Shown here in pieces: positions 1-13,236 of a DNA stretch of 64,000 nt. The translations under genes and the position numbers were made by a program. The notes under the pieces are model-generated. The model saw nothing but the letters and a program-made list of their open reading frames with translations, was not told the origin of the DNA and searched no databases. The stretch lies in the NCBI GenBank assembly GCA_053919585.1, contig CM132788.1. One strand, given 5' to 3'. Positions within the stretch are counted from its first letter, which is position 1; the number at the start of each line of letters is the position of its first letter. This DNA comes from Euprymna scolopes (taxonomy: Eukaryota).

Positions 1-451
1 ATTTTTTAATTAGATTATTTTAAACAAGTGTTACCTAATCACTAACTGCACTTTGAAATATTTATTATGTGTAGTGGTATGAATCTTAAATAAGGTGCGT
101 CCACAGTGTTGTACCCATATTAAAAAATACAAACAATTTTTAATGAAATCATGTATTTCGAAAAACTGCTGACTCATTTTCCGAAGGAGGCGTAATGTGC
201 TTATGATGCTGGGGGAAGCACAATTATGTTGCTTTTAAAAGGACTCTGGAAGTTGGGGTGTGGTTCCTGTTCATTCTAGCATTACCACCATTTTTCTGTT
301 TATGGAGAGGGGCTCAATGGATGATTTCGATTAAATGCTGCGTCAGAACAGATAATACACTTTGATTTTAGCCAAAATGCCCTGTAAGCGTAATATAGTT
401 TTGTATAAGGCATTACCTTCTTCTTAAAAGAATACAAAATAACCGACACAG

Positions 452-990
452 CATATATTTTAAGAGAGTGGGAGGGGAATATGGAATGCGCCCCTGAAAT
501 GTCTGACGCAGTTTACGATCTTAAAAATACTTTATTTCATATATATTTTTAAAAGAAGTGGGGAGTCTGCCCGGAAATGATTGAAGCAGTCTACGATCTC
601 AAAATTACTTTATTTCACATATATGTTTAACAGTGAGTAGGGGAATATGCCGTCAGTCTGGGAAATTGCTTAAACAGTTTACGATTTCAAAATTACTTTA
701 TTTCATATATACATTTATAAGTGACAGGTGAAGAAACACTCCCAGAAATGGCTGAGGATTTTATGGTCTGAAATGTCCTTTATTTCATATCTATTTTTAA
801 GAGAGAGAGATGTGATATGGGGCCAGCCATGGAAATGGCTGAAGCAGTTTACGATCTCAAAGCTTCTTTAATTTTTATATATTTTTAAGAGAGATGGGAT
901 GATATGGAATCAGCCCTGGAAATCGTTGTAGAACGTTACGATCTCATAATTACTTTATTCCATGTATTTATTTTAGGGCGGTGGGAATGG
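452..990. repeat. ~85-bp diverged tandem repeat, ~6 copies
   Basis: The motif GAAATGNCTGAAGCAGTTTACGATCTCAAAATTACTTTATTTCATAT recurs at ~508, 586, 674, 756, 844 and 931 (spacing 78-88 bp); a single homologous unit lies at ~35195-35300. Confidence 0.85.
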
Positions 991-1494
991 GAAATCTGAC
1001 ATACGGAATACGAGCAATGTTGAAAATATAACATTATTTAGAAGGCTAGTCTTAATATGGACGTAACTTTTCAACTATTCTCTACTTTCATCTAAAAATT
1101 TAATAAATAAAATCTCACATTGCTAAAATAACGTTATAATTTAGAAAGGCAGTCTTAATATAGGGAGAGGAGTGTATTTTTGTAAACTATTCTGTATTTC
1201 ACATAACAATCTATCTAAATAAGAAACTGATATACATATCACGGATTGTGCTGGAATAATTTTACATATTTATTTGTAACATCTGCTGGGTCCTATTCTG
1301 GAAATTATATAATTTCGATTAAAATTATAGTTGCGGTGGTTTTTGTGGTGGGAAAATGAAACACACTAATCACGAATTTTCCGTTCTTTAGTTATACATG
1401 TAGTAATGCAAGAGATGAACAGTAAATATATAGATGTTCGTCGGTAGATATCCTACTTTATATTACACTTTCTTTATAGAGATAAATGGTCCGC

Positions 1495-1755
1495 TCCTGG
1501 ATATGATCTTAAACTATATCTGATGGTGAGGCCCCAGGCTGCAGGCTTTGGGCAGTGTGGGGCTACCCTTTAATTTCCATTGCTACCACGTTCACTCTGT
1601 GATAGTGCCTTTACGGTCCCAACTATGGGTTAAATAGAAACCGAGTTTAAGAAAAAACAAATATACTCTATTAAAAAATGGTGCTTAATAATCAGTGGAT
1701 TCGGCATTAACCTGAAAAGCGCTGATATGCCGTAAAATAAAAAACAAACAAACAA
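1495..1755 (+). mobile_element. SINE-like interspersed repeat, copy 1
   Basis: TCCTGGATATGA..TAAACT..TGGTGAGGCCCCAG..TGATATGCCGTAAAA plus (AAAC)n tail; clearly homologous to 22005-22289 (-) and 62331-62598 (+). Confidence 0.85.
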
Positions 1756-2231
1756 GAGATAAAAGGCGTATTATAATAATATCCTGCTTTCATAATCTGT
1801 GTATTATTTCACATTGGGCAGTCTAGAATATTCGTAAATATACCGGATTCATTAGAGACTCTCACAGCCAACCTTAAAAATACATGTCGAACAGGTTTAC
1901 AACTCATTACAACAGTCTGATTATAGTTTGATAACATCGGCTGTTATCCCCTGTCCTGAATAATCATTCTGCATATAAAGAGTATGATAAAACATTTAGG
2001 TACAGTAGGCAGATAGAAAGATGTCGACGATGATAATTGCTATTCAGCAAAGCCATCATACTTACGAACTAATCAAATAACACTGCTATATAAAATAAAT
2101 ATTCTTAAAAGTCACCTCTGACCAATTTACAACAAATAATTTGAATGTCAAGGTCATTATTTTGCATCTCATAAGAGATATATAAATAGTTTAATATGGT
2201 AATGGAATAAAAGCATTTATTGATATCCGTA

Positions 2232-2234
<3 letters not shown>

Positions 2235-2289
<55 letters not shown>

Positions 2290-2320
2290 CATATTTATGT
2301 GTGTGTGCGTGTGTGTGTGT
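2235..2320. repeat. (TA)n/(TG)n microsatellite
   Basis: Direct reading. Similar (TA)n tracts occur at ~8687-8753, 9518-9579, 17930-17985, 23716-23800, 26608-26676, 46551-46637 and 58107-58152. Confidence 0.95.
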
Positions 2321-3255
2321 TAATAAACTTCTATATGAAAATAGAAACCTAATTTACATTCAAGTGGCATGCCAATTATATGTGAAGCAGAGTTACTCTA
2401 CTGAATCAGACAACTTTAGGGCGTTTTAAATGTAATTTTATAATGCCATAAACAATACCATTATTTTTTAAACAACGAAACATCGTGATCAACTTTGTTA
2501 GAAAATATGAATCTTACAGTATGAGTTTACATAGCGGCGTCAAAATATGCTACGGCTGATATGTAAATGTAAAAAAGTACCAAAAAGTACGCTTACAAAG
2601 CAGAGTGGCATGCTACGGATGAGTTTTTTTGTTATACAATATATGCACGAGGACTATGTAAATAACTGCCCCACGAGAATTCTGTCAATTACAAATGGAC
2701 TGCATTTTTATACAGTTAAAGAAACAGTAAACTGGGAGGAAATTCTAAAATCAAGCAGATAGATTGCATGCGTAGCACTGACCGAATTATTAAATGGCAA
2801 ATAGTAGTGTATTAAAAATTAGGCATAGTTGTTTGGTTTTGATCTCACCAGAATTGTTTTATTAACATATCAAGAATCCATGCGTATCTGATAACACTTT
2901 ATGTCGTTTAATTTAAAGAGAATGAAGAGTTTGAATGAAAGAAGATCTTGTGATATTAAATAGCTTGATGTTTGACCGATATCAATGGTTACTTCTTCGT
3001 TCGAATTGTTGTATATTTTACATCACGTTTCCTACATAAGAATACTGACGCCAACGCTGTACGAAACAAACCCTGACTATATTGGCATGGAGACAAAAAC
3101 CAAAGACATTTGAATCCTAAATCGTTTTATGTCGTGCAATGAAACGATGAAAATCGAATAAAAAGTGACGAGAAAAGTTGTGACTTCTTAAAGTCATTTC
3201 GTCATATAAAAGTAGAACTTATTTCTCATATACTTCTACAAACAGATACATACAC

Positions 3256-3457
3256 NNNNNNNNNNNNNNNNNNNNNNNNNNNNNNNNNNNNNNNNNNNNN
3301 NNNNNNNNNNNNNNNNNNNNNNNNNNNNNNNNNNNNNNNNNNNNNNNNNNNNNNNNNNNNNNNNNNNNNNNNNNNNNNNNNNNNNNNNNNNNNNNNNNNN
3401 NNNNNNNNNNNNNNNNNNNNNNNNNNNNNNNNNNNNNNNNNNNNNNNNNNNNNNNNN
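3256..3457. other. assembly gap (N run)
   Basis: Run of N. Other gaps: 12307-12444, 41475-41650, 43341-43471. Confidence 0.99.
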
Positions 3458-3990
3458 TTATAAAAATATGATTTTTCACTCTATTTATCCAGCGAATGTT
3501 AAGGAGGCATTCTAATATTTTAATAGATTATTTTAGATAGTAAAATGAACATTGCATCTACTATTATTATATAGAAATATTACATATATAATATAAACTG
3601 CATGTTAGAAAATTGTTAGTTTACTTTACATCATGTATTAGAGTTGAAAAATTGTATTTATAGACACAATGCTTATTGTAGTGTACAAATAGAAAATTTA
3701 TAAGTTGCTAGATATAAGCAAGGTACATGGAGGGCATATTGCCTGAATGCATTATCCACCATGGCGTCAGATCATTCCATTGTAAAAATTGACATTAGCA
3801 GAAGTGTACACTGTAACCTATCTAATCGTAAAATTATTATGATATATACACAATTCACAATTAAGTTATATTCTTTTCATTTTATTTTTAATCTCACTCC
3901 GTTTTTTTTTTCTGAATGCAGCTTGAAATTTTTTTTTCTGAATGCAGCTTGAAATTTTTTCAGGAATAATCTGATCAATTTTTCTTAATA

Positions 3991-4965
3991 TTATGTTTAT
4001 TAGAAAAGTCCTGCGGAGTATTTAATCTTGATTACAAATGATCTATTTTCATGCATGCTTATATATCATATATCTAATAATTTTTCTGTCTATTTAATCG
4101 TTTAAATTACAACCAATTAAAAATAATTATGGTTTCCTCCCACTACGTTGTATATATAATAGAAAATACGGAAATTCGCACAATTTTTATTATTTCAATT
4201 CAAGCTAGGCTGGAAAGCCGCTGAAACTTCTCGCAATCAATGAAGCGTTTTTCCCAGGAAACACTATTGGATGCATAGGAAAATGGTGATTATTTCAGGA
4301 CGGCGACAAAGTATTGAATATGATGAGCGTAGAAGTCGGTAATGGGATGTTGGCAATGATCAAATAAGGGTTTTAGTTAAAATGTATCTACACACAACTC
4401 TTCGTTAATTTGCCACTAAATTAGACTTAACGTATACGAAGATTTCCAACATTTTGAGAAGGATTGAAAATAGAAAAATATTGATAAATGGGTTCCTCAC
4501 AAACGAAACGGCAACGAAAAGAAACGCCGGCGGAGTGTCATTTTCATTCTTTTTACTCAACAGAGTCGTGACTTGCGATGAACAGTTGGTTTTTACAACA
4601 TCAAGCGAATGGTCAGACGCCGACGAAACTCCATGCCACCTCCCGAAGCCAATGGTGAAAAAAAAACTTCATGTTGAATATTTGGTGGTGTGCAACCGGT
4701 CTCATTAATTACAGTTTTCTAGAATGAAAGCTAAACCATTGCAGCGGATAAGTACTGCCAACAAATGAATGGAATTGATAAGAAACTTCGAAAGCAACAT
4801 GCAGCATTATTACAATTCTATGTTACTGGAATAAATTTGCGTAAGTAAAAGTGGGTTGTTTCTGATAATGCCTTTTTCGATTAATAGCTTTTTGATTGCG
4901 CTGAATTTAAGAGTTAAATGTGAATTGAAAAGTTAAAACCAGCAAGACCGTTTTTATCAACCTGA
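3991..4965 (+). mobile_element. decayed, internally deleted mariner (Hsmar1/cecropia-like) transposon
   Basis: Frameshifted transposase pieces FKLGWKAAETSRN, LLNRVVTCDEQ (cf. DRIVTCDEKW), EWSDADETPCHLPKP and LINYSFLE..TIAADKYCQQM; degenerate TIRs TTATGTTTATTAGAAAAGTCCTGCGG and CCAGCAAGACCGTTTTTATCAACCTGA, each flanked by TA. Confidence 0.85.
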
Positions 4966-7900
4966 TATATATGATTATTAAAAAACATAAAACAAATTAT
5001 TTACTTAGATCCGCTTATTCTTATCAGGTCAGTGACAAAATCAATCGTATTAGACAATGATTTTTCAATATTAAAGTGTCATCTCTGAATATTTTAAGAT
5101 ATGGAACTGTTCTTTATACAGTTTCTGTTCGAATGATTTTTCATCGTAGATGTATGTGGATGACAAGTAATCTGCAGAGGCAATGCATATCTCAAATAGT
5201 GATTCATCGAATGTGTAGTGTTTAAATATTTTTTAGAAACAGAGTATAAGTAAAGTATAGTAGTAATTGTAAAACACCGTATAGTAGCAATCATATTAAA
5301 TAAATTAGTATATATCATTTATATAATTTATAATAGAATAAACACACGGTAAATGAACATTTTTTCATATAGTTTAGTATTGCATGTGCATATATTTGTG
5401 TGTAGATAGTTTACCTCTAAAATGACCGATAAACCTTAATGTATAAAAGGGCGTAAAGGGTAACATTCAATTTGATTTTAGTAATTTGATGAAAAAATAG
5501 AAAACATTAAGTCATATATCTGCGGTAAATTAAAATACTCCCGGATATGTTGAATATACTACAATAGTTAGAAGCAATATATTATTGATAAAAAATACAT
5601 GTATTTTTTTTACGAATTAAGTGGATCTAGGCGCTTTTATATGACCCTGACGTTCGATTTCTCTATGAGATTATTCAAGCATACGAATAAATGTTCTATC
5701 TTTTCTAGAATATTAATAATGTGGTGGATAGTAAATACAATTGGAATAGACAAAGGAGAGCCATTAGTTATATATCTCGGTCTTAATTTCAGCTAGCATA
5801 TATAAAACATTTGAAAAACGGGTTTGTCTGGGAAATTGTATCTACCTAACGTCGAAGGAATAATGATTAATTGTTTTATATGATGTTAATTTTATAGCGT
5901 CTAATTGTAAATTTCATATACACATTTCAGATATTAATCATCCATGTTTATACAGGCACGCATTACTTAATATGCAAAGATGTAAATGAGATAGAAATGA
6001 TAATGAGCAAATAATAATATTCTTCTTTTCCAGACAAAAATATTCTGTCAGCTGCAGTGCTAAAATTAAGATTCAATTAGTAAGATATTGTGTCTAATTA
6101 TGTGTTTTTTTGTAAATAAAACAGGAAAATGTGAATATTTTCCGAACTTTGCGATTAGCAAATTCATTAATTTCTATTTGTTATGAGTAAAATAACCTAT
6201 TGATAATGATTACAAGTTTGAAAATACGGTCGAATGTATTCATATGTTATGAAATAGCAATTACTATTTTCCAACTCTAATAGGACAATATTTCTTACAA
6301 TTTCACAAGAATTGCTAGTTTTCGATATCGCATAAATAGACTGATTGTCTATCATCACTATATTAAATGAATAAAACAAGAACATTTAAACAGAATTTTC
6401 CTTAAGGTTGTCTCTGACTGGCACAAGGCCAAAAACGGTAAGGAAAAATACAACAATCCGCCAATCACACAGTGCGACTGATAGTTTTACTATCTTATCT
6501 GGGGTGTAATAAAAATGAGAGAGAATCCCAAAGGAAGCTTTACGTAGTGTAATAAAATGTCAAATGCAAAAAGAACGCCTGCTAAGACTTCTTACAATAC
6601 GAGAAAATAAAAGAATGAGAAACACAAGAATAATAATGTAAATGTTTAAATAAGCAAGAGACGATATGAAATGTTAACAACAAGAGCACTAAATCAAACA
6701 TAAATATATTTCGTAAGATAAAATTGTAAAGTAAAGCGTGTTTATTTTTAATACCACCGACGATAAGGCCGGATTTAGTTGTTTCTATAAAAGTATAATA
6801 GGCCTATCCAAATAATCTATAAATAAAACTATAAATTAGAAGTGATTCATTTTATATGAAAATTTTGAAAAATGTGGTTGCTGTGAAAATTATAGTTAGG
6901 TAAATATGCTCTTTCCACGAATATATGTGTGGTTATGGACATGATTATATGTCTGTATATACATAAAAGTGCTGCAAGAAAATGCACGTGTTCTTTATCT
7001 AATATTGAATGGTTTAGTAGAGTGTTTGTTCTTATGAATTTGGGGAAATAAAAACGCTCTTCATCAATTGTTAGTAACAACACAAGCCAAATATTTAGTA
7101 ATATAATTTGCAGCGCATTTAACATTTATTGTTGAACCATCTACTTCCAGAATTACCTTTATCAAATAAAAAAAAATGCAAATAGAAGGTCATCAATCGT
7201 ATTAAGTCTGATGAACTTAACAATTAAAATTATCTTGATAATATTCAGGTAATGTCACCTATCTAATAATAGCTATAAACCTCACAGCACTGTTTAGCAC
7301 TAGCTTGGAGTATAAATGATGTTTATATATTTAAAGTATTTTGTTTCTTTTTATCTACATGGAAAACTATATATCAATACTCCGCATTCCAGTACTGGAC
7401 CAGACCCATGTGAGTAAAAAGTACGCTGTTTGTAATTTTAATAAATTAAGAACTATTCAAACACATAATCAAAACCCACTACTTAGTATCAAGCAATGGC
7501 ATTGCAAAAGATTAGTGGGTCTACATGATTGTGATGCATCAAATAAGGTTATGTATAAATGTTTGTCACATAAACTTGTTCACTATAAATATATCAGTTT
7601 CTGTTTTCAATAACAATGTGTTCTTTTTATAAAACTGATAATTTAGTTATTTAGGGGCACAAGTCAAAAACACACAGCATAAACTCATTACATTTAAAAG
7701 TCTCTGACTGATGCTAATAAAAAAAATCAGACTATAGTTTGAGACCACTTGTAGATATCCATCTAATCGGCTTTTACTTCTTACGGCAGAACATTAAAAA
7801 TATCGTTTATAAAAATATGTTTTACTATCTCAGTTTGCTTGGAGCACATAACGCAATTAAAGGGAATATATTTGTGTGTCTTAAAAATATCCAACCTAGG

Positions 7901-8683
7901 ATCTGTCCATTCTTTCAATAAACACATGTACTGTCACATCTCTATAGTGGAAATGAATAGTACTATCCTAAATTAAGCTGCCTTATCTTATAAGCTTTAG
8001 CGTTAATGCTTGTCCTAGATTAAAACGAAGACGTAACTCAAATATAATGCTAATGTTTCTAGGAAAATATTGTTGAAATGCGTTTTCTTCTTAATTTAAA
8101 TTTCGGTTCTATACAAATTTACATATAATATAAACAAATTATATAATACAAGCAACATACATCTAACGTTTTATTATAGATATACGCGTAATAAAGGATA
8201 GTTTTTTGTTTAGGACTTAACTGTTTCTAATATAGCATAAGTGTCTAATTTGAATATTTTACTGGCTTCTGAGTAAATGCCACAATGCAAGTTCAGAAGT
8301 AAACGTAGGATGCCGGTTACATATGAAGTAAAATAATATTTATATAAAGTATACTCAACTCAAGCCAATTATCCCCGATGATTTATTAGGATAAGTTGAC
8401 CCAACTATAAACTATTCTGGCGATAATTTCCACAGGATAATTATTTGTTTTATTGGTATATACTGATAAAAAAAGTGTTATTGTAATTTACTGATATAAA
8501 GTGTGGTGTTGCTATGAGGTTGCACATTGTTAAAAAAATCTTTCATTATGCAGGAGAAAATTCCGTAATTAAAGACTTTTACACATAAGAACCATTGAAC
8601 ATATTTAAATGTTAATCAGTTACTATTTATAAACATTACTAGAAAAATGTGTACATTTTCAAATAACGATGCCCGATCGTAAT

Positions 8684-8753
<70 letters not shown>

Positions 8754-8754
<1 letters not shown>

Positions 8755-9510
8755 TAGCAAAGTACCCGCTGTTGACTGGGTTAAAAACAGCCTACAGCAA
8801 ATGGACTCTGATTTATGAAAGTATGATAGGTTATGAAAAGGAACGGTTGTAAAGAAATAACTTTGAATTCGAGGGTATCAAAACCAAAGCAAAATATGAT
8901 GAGAGTAAAAATAAAATAGATAAACCCCATAATTTATTATACCATACGTGTTCATACTAAAACACTTATCACAATATTCTGTGGATCTATATTAAAAAAA
9001 CCTTGTTAAAATTTGTGACATATTTCCATTCTATGGAGGTCAGGCTCGAACGAACACCCCATAATTTTATTATACCTTAGTTCTTCAAACTGAAACATAA
9101 TTATCTTAGTATACTTACGCAGATAGATATGAAAAGCATTTATTAAAGTGTGTGCATATTTCCATTCTATGGAGGCCAGGCGCGATCGCATACCCCACAA
9201 TTTTATTATAACATCCCTATTTAAGTTAAAACATGCTTATCAAATTATTATTATGCGCATATATATCAAACACACTTGTGAAAGTTTTTTATTTAATTTT
9301 TAATTTTTTTATTTCTATACTTCGTGAACCAGGCGCGTACGCGGACCCCACAATTTTAATGAATCATCATTATGCCAGATCACACATGCCCATTGTTGTG
9401 TCTCGATACATCTTCTATCATTATATGTGATGAGCTTTCTATAATAATCAACTATATTGGAGCCTATTCGTGACACAACACACCCACAGACGTTCAGCTT
9501 TATATTATAT
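8754..9510 (-). mobile_element. non-autonomous Helitron in a (TA)n tract
   Basis: Minus-strand 3' end CCCAGTCAACAGCGGG (imperfect hairpin) + spacer + CTAG|T at 8754; 5' end TATAAAGCTGAACGTCTGTGGGTGTG resembles that of the neighbouring element; internal ~140-bp repeats at ~8920, 9020, 9160 and 9310. Confidence 0.7.
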
Positions 9511-9579
<69 letters not shown>

Positions 9580-9580
<1 letters not shown>

Positions 9581-10276
9581 TAGCATTTCAGCCCGGCGTT
9601 GCCCGGGTGTTTGGAGGTGTATGTTGAGAAAAAAAAAGAAAAAGAAAAAGCGGTCAATTTTTTAAAACTTTGACCCCTATTATGCCCCCTTAACATTTAT
9701 TGTTTTGGACTCAAATCAAGTTATTAAGATATATCCATGTCCAAGGAATCTATATCTAAAATTTCAAGTGTTTAGACCCACAATTGGCGGAGGAGTTTGG
9801 TAGAATTCACAAAGGTCAAATCGTTGAACTTTGACCCCTTGCTCGGGTGTTTGGAGGTGTATGCTGTGCAAAAAAAGCAAAAAAAAACAAACAAAAAAAT
9901 GGTTAATTTTTTAAAACTTTGATCCCTATTATGACCCCTTAAAATTTATTGTTTCGGGCTCAAATTACTTTATTAAGTTATATCCATGTTCAAGGAACCT
10001 ATATCTAAAATTTCAAGTGTCTAGACCCGAAATTGTTGGAGGAGTTTGGTAGAGTTCTTAAAGGTCAAATCGTTGAAATTTGACCTTTTAACAGCCAAAT
10101 TTCTGGCTGACACACGTCAAATCGATTTTCCCAAATCTCAGTACCCGCTATTTAAAATTTCGAGTCTATAGACTAAAAATTGACAGAGTTATTGCGTAGG
10201 GAAATGTACACAGACAGACACACACACAGACACACAGACACACAGACAGACTCGTTCACTTTTATAGATATGTAGA
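9580..10276 (-). mobile_element. non-autonomous Helitron (family A)
   Basis: Minus strand reads A|TCTACATATCTATAAAAGTGAACG...(TGTC/TG)n...CCCGGGCAACGCCGGG-CTGAAATG-CTAG|T: canonical TC start, 3' hairpin, CTAG end and A|T target. Internal ~240-bp tandem duplication. Homologous to 26950-27320. Confidence 0.88.
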
Positions 10277-10639
10277 TATATATGTGTGTGTGTGTGAGTG
10301 TGTGTGTGTAAGTGTGTGTATGTGATAACTGCTGCTTTAATATAAAACACTATTCCTATATAGATTGTGTTGACCGTACACCTGCACCTAAATACTCTTT
10401 ACAAATAAATGATGAACCTTCTTTAGTGAATTTACAAACAGCTGTTTACATAGGGTAAATGCAACATTCGTAATTGAGGGAATTTAAGACTCTGCCTCTA
10501 GCTGTTTTCTTATATATGCCTGTTTGTATAAATTGGCCTTTGTTTTGGGGGGAATACTATTATCCATATTGAAAAGTGACTTTACAAAGTGACTTTACAA
10601 AGTGATTTTACATGTTGAAATATCTCCTTTAGTAGAAAA

Positions 10640-10814
10640 TATCACTTCTACAATTGATTATTGTGTTACGTATAAACTATTATTATTTCTATCACTTCTA
10701 CAATTGATTATTGTGTTACGTATAAACTATTATTATTTCTATCACTTCTACAATTGATTATTGTGTTACGTATAAACTATTATTATTTATAATTATTGTG
10801 TTACCTATAAACTA
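10640..10814. repeat. 50-bp tandem repeat x3 plus a partial copy
   Basis: ATCACTTCTACAATTGATTATTGTGTTACGTATAAACTATTATTATTTCT starts at 10641, 10691 and 10741; copies are near-identical. Confidence 0.95.
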
Positions 10815-10832
10815 ATCTAAATGAGTATATGT

Positions 10833-10888
<56 letters not shown>

Positions 10889-11689
10889 ATATATAAGAGT
10901 ACGACGTGTAGATAATAGAAAATATAAACTGATGCATAAAAAATTATTGATTAATTTGAAACTAATTCGTACAATAAAGTTGTAAAGGTGTTATAAAAGC
11001 TAATGTGTATATATAAAGGTACTAATTCAATATATATGCATATTTGTATCGCGTGTAGGGAAAACCTTTCACTATATACATATATACAGAGAAAGAAATA
11101 TAGAAAGAAGATATACATTGCGATTTCAAACGTTTGGACTATTTTTTTGAATATGTTCTACATCCATAATCGTATGTGCGCAACAGTTGTTTTTTGTTAC
11201 ATCTAAACTACTCGCAAGAACTTATTTGCATTTACCAAGAAAAAAAAAATTAAACCAGTACTTATTAAAAGAAAAATGTATCTTTAGATTTGCATGTAAT
11301 TGCTTACCTATGGCTTAGGCAAATAACGTGAGAAACGGTATTAATCGACCTTTTTTCACGATAGCTCTTGCTAGAAGAATGTTTTTCATTATATCAATCC
11401 CGCATGCATTGGGAAAGCTAGGAAAAACTATGTTATGTGTACTAAAATTGTAAAGCATGAGATGCATTACAAAAATATTCTAATATTGTTTTGTCTTTAC
11501 GTTCATTTGCCCTAAGTCTTGAAAATAGCAATATTGTGTTGCGAGAACAATTGTTTATGCGCAATGAACTAGTTTCAATATACACTAGTAATCGTTAGAA
11601 AATATTTATGGATGAATTAGTTGTCTCCAAAGAGGACCAAAAATACTTTCTATAAGTATGCACATATAATATTTTACCACAAAAAAATT

Positions 11690-11930
11690 ATCCGTATTTG
11701 TTTCATTAACGGACTATTGTTCTCATCTTGAGTGTGATTTTCACAACGTTTCAGTCGATGTAACCTCCAATCTTAATCAGGTGTATCTTGTCGATCTCGG
11801 GAATGTTTCTGTTTAACTCATGAAATTAAACGGAATTTTCCAGTGGAACCTTTTATTTATTTCACGGGGTAGCATGCTCTAGTTTTGTAAGCCATGACTG
11901 GATAGAGGACCTTAGCAATTCGCAATTTTA
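11690..11930 (-). mobile_element. Penelope-like pseudo-LTR fragment with a degenerate hammerhead motif
   Basis: Minus strand 11783-11742: CAC-CTGATTA-agattggaggttacatcgact-GAAAC-GTT-GTG, a minimal HHR layout with a mutated CUGANGA box. Confidence 0.5.
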
Positions 11931-13236
11931 TATTTTGGTCGGCCACAACCTTCACGAGAATATCACTTTTTACTATTGATATTTTCGAGTACTACATGAA
12001 AGGTAGTAATAGAACTTGAATGCATTTTCACCGTCATCACCCATGTTCATATGCTACACTATATTATAATATAAAATATATGTCTCGTATAATCAACAAA
12101 CATATGCCATGCTAAATAAATAGATGACATAGTATTGCTGAGTTCAACATATTTTTCACCCTAAATATAAAAGGAAGTAATTATTGTTACAGTACTCATG
12201 CAGTTTTTTTCACCGTAGGTTACTAATAATTATTAATTTTATTTTTAATTATATAAGTTGTAATTTTGCTATATTAATTTGGAATTGTCTTTTTATATTT
12301 CTGCAGNNNNNNNNNNNNNNNNNNNNNNNNNNNNNNNNNNNNNNNNNNNNNNNNNNNNNNNNNNNNNNNNNNNNNNNNNNNNNNNNNNNNNNNNNNNNNN
12401 NNNNNNNNNNNNNNNNNNNNNNNNNNNNNNNNNNNNNNNNNNNNATCTAAATAAAGCCAACGAATATGCTGATAGATTCCGATCACAAAACAGCAATACT
12501 TTCTGATCCCAAAACAGCAATGCGTTCCTTGATTATGAAAACTAAAGAGAAAAAGGCAGTCTTGTGGCATGCGTTTGATAATCGTAATAGTGTTAAATTA
12601 TTATTGATTCAAACTTGGGTAACAGTTTATTCTAATATTCCTAGGCTTTAATTCTATATAAACAAATCTGGCTGTTCGCTGACCTATTATACGTTACTTA
12701 ACAAGATGTTTCCTTGTTGACAGGATGTTTTTGGGCAATCAGTTTTAGTATTTGTTTGTCACGTGAAATTTAAAGCGTATTAAACAGACGCAGATTTTCA
12801 ATATCGTTTCTGTGTGTTTATGTTGAATTCAGTAATTCACAAATTGTTTATATCATTGCTCGAGATGTAAAGTAATTTTTACGATGCTGATCTTATGATC
12901 CCATTTGGCAATAAACAAAACAGATTAAAAAAAAAAAACGATATATTTCCCGTACCTTTATTTTCCCTTTTTGTTTCTTTTAGCGTGTGCTTACATGATT
13001 CTTTCAGAACTGTTTTTGCAAAGTGATATTGTAGAGGGGTTTTATACTAAACTTACAATATTTCACACCAATCCTATCGTAAGAATTTTGTAGTAAACGT
13101 AATAGAAAAGGGCATTTTTTAATCCCATTCATAACATCATATGATGATTTCTTAATTATGCAATAATAAAATTATAAATGTATTATATTTTTACTACAAT
13201 ATCTTGTATTTTTCTCTCCCAGTTTAACAACTAGAC

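Noticed and set aside
2220-2429. ORFs with YIYI/CVCV/HTHT runs (also 17831-18098, 26582-26773, 42626-42838, 53044-53495, 54102-54290)
   Set aside because: Translations of dinucleotide microsatellites.
10640-10814. Regular repeat as a CRISPR-like array
   Set aside because: Units are identical end to end with no unique spacers; eukaryotic context.
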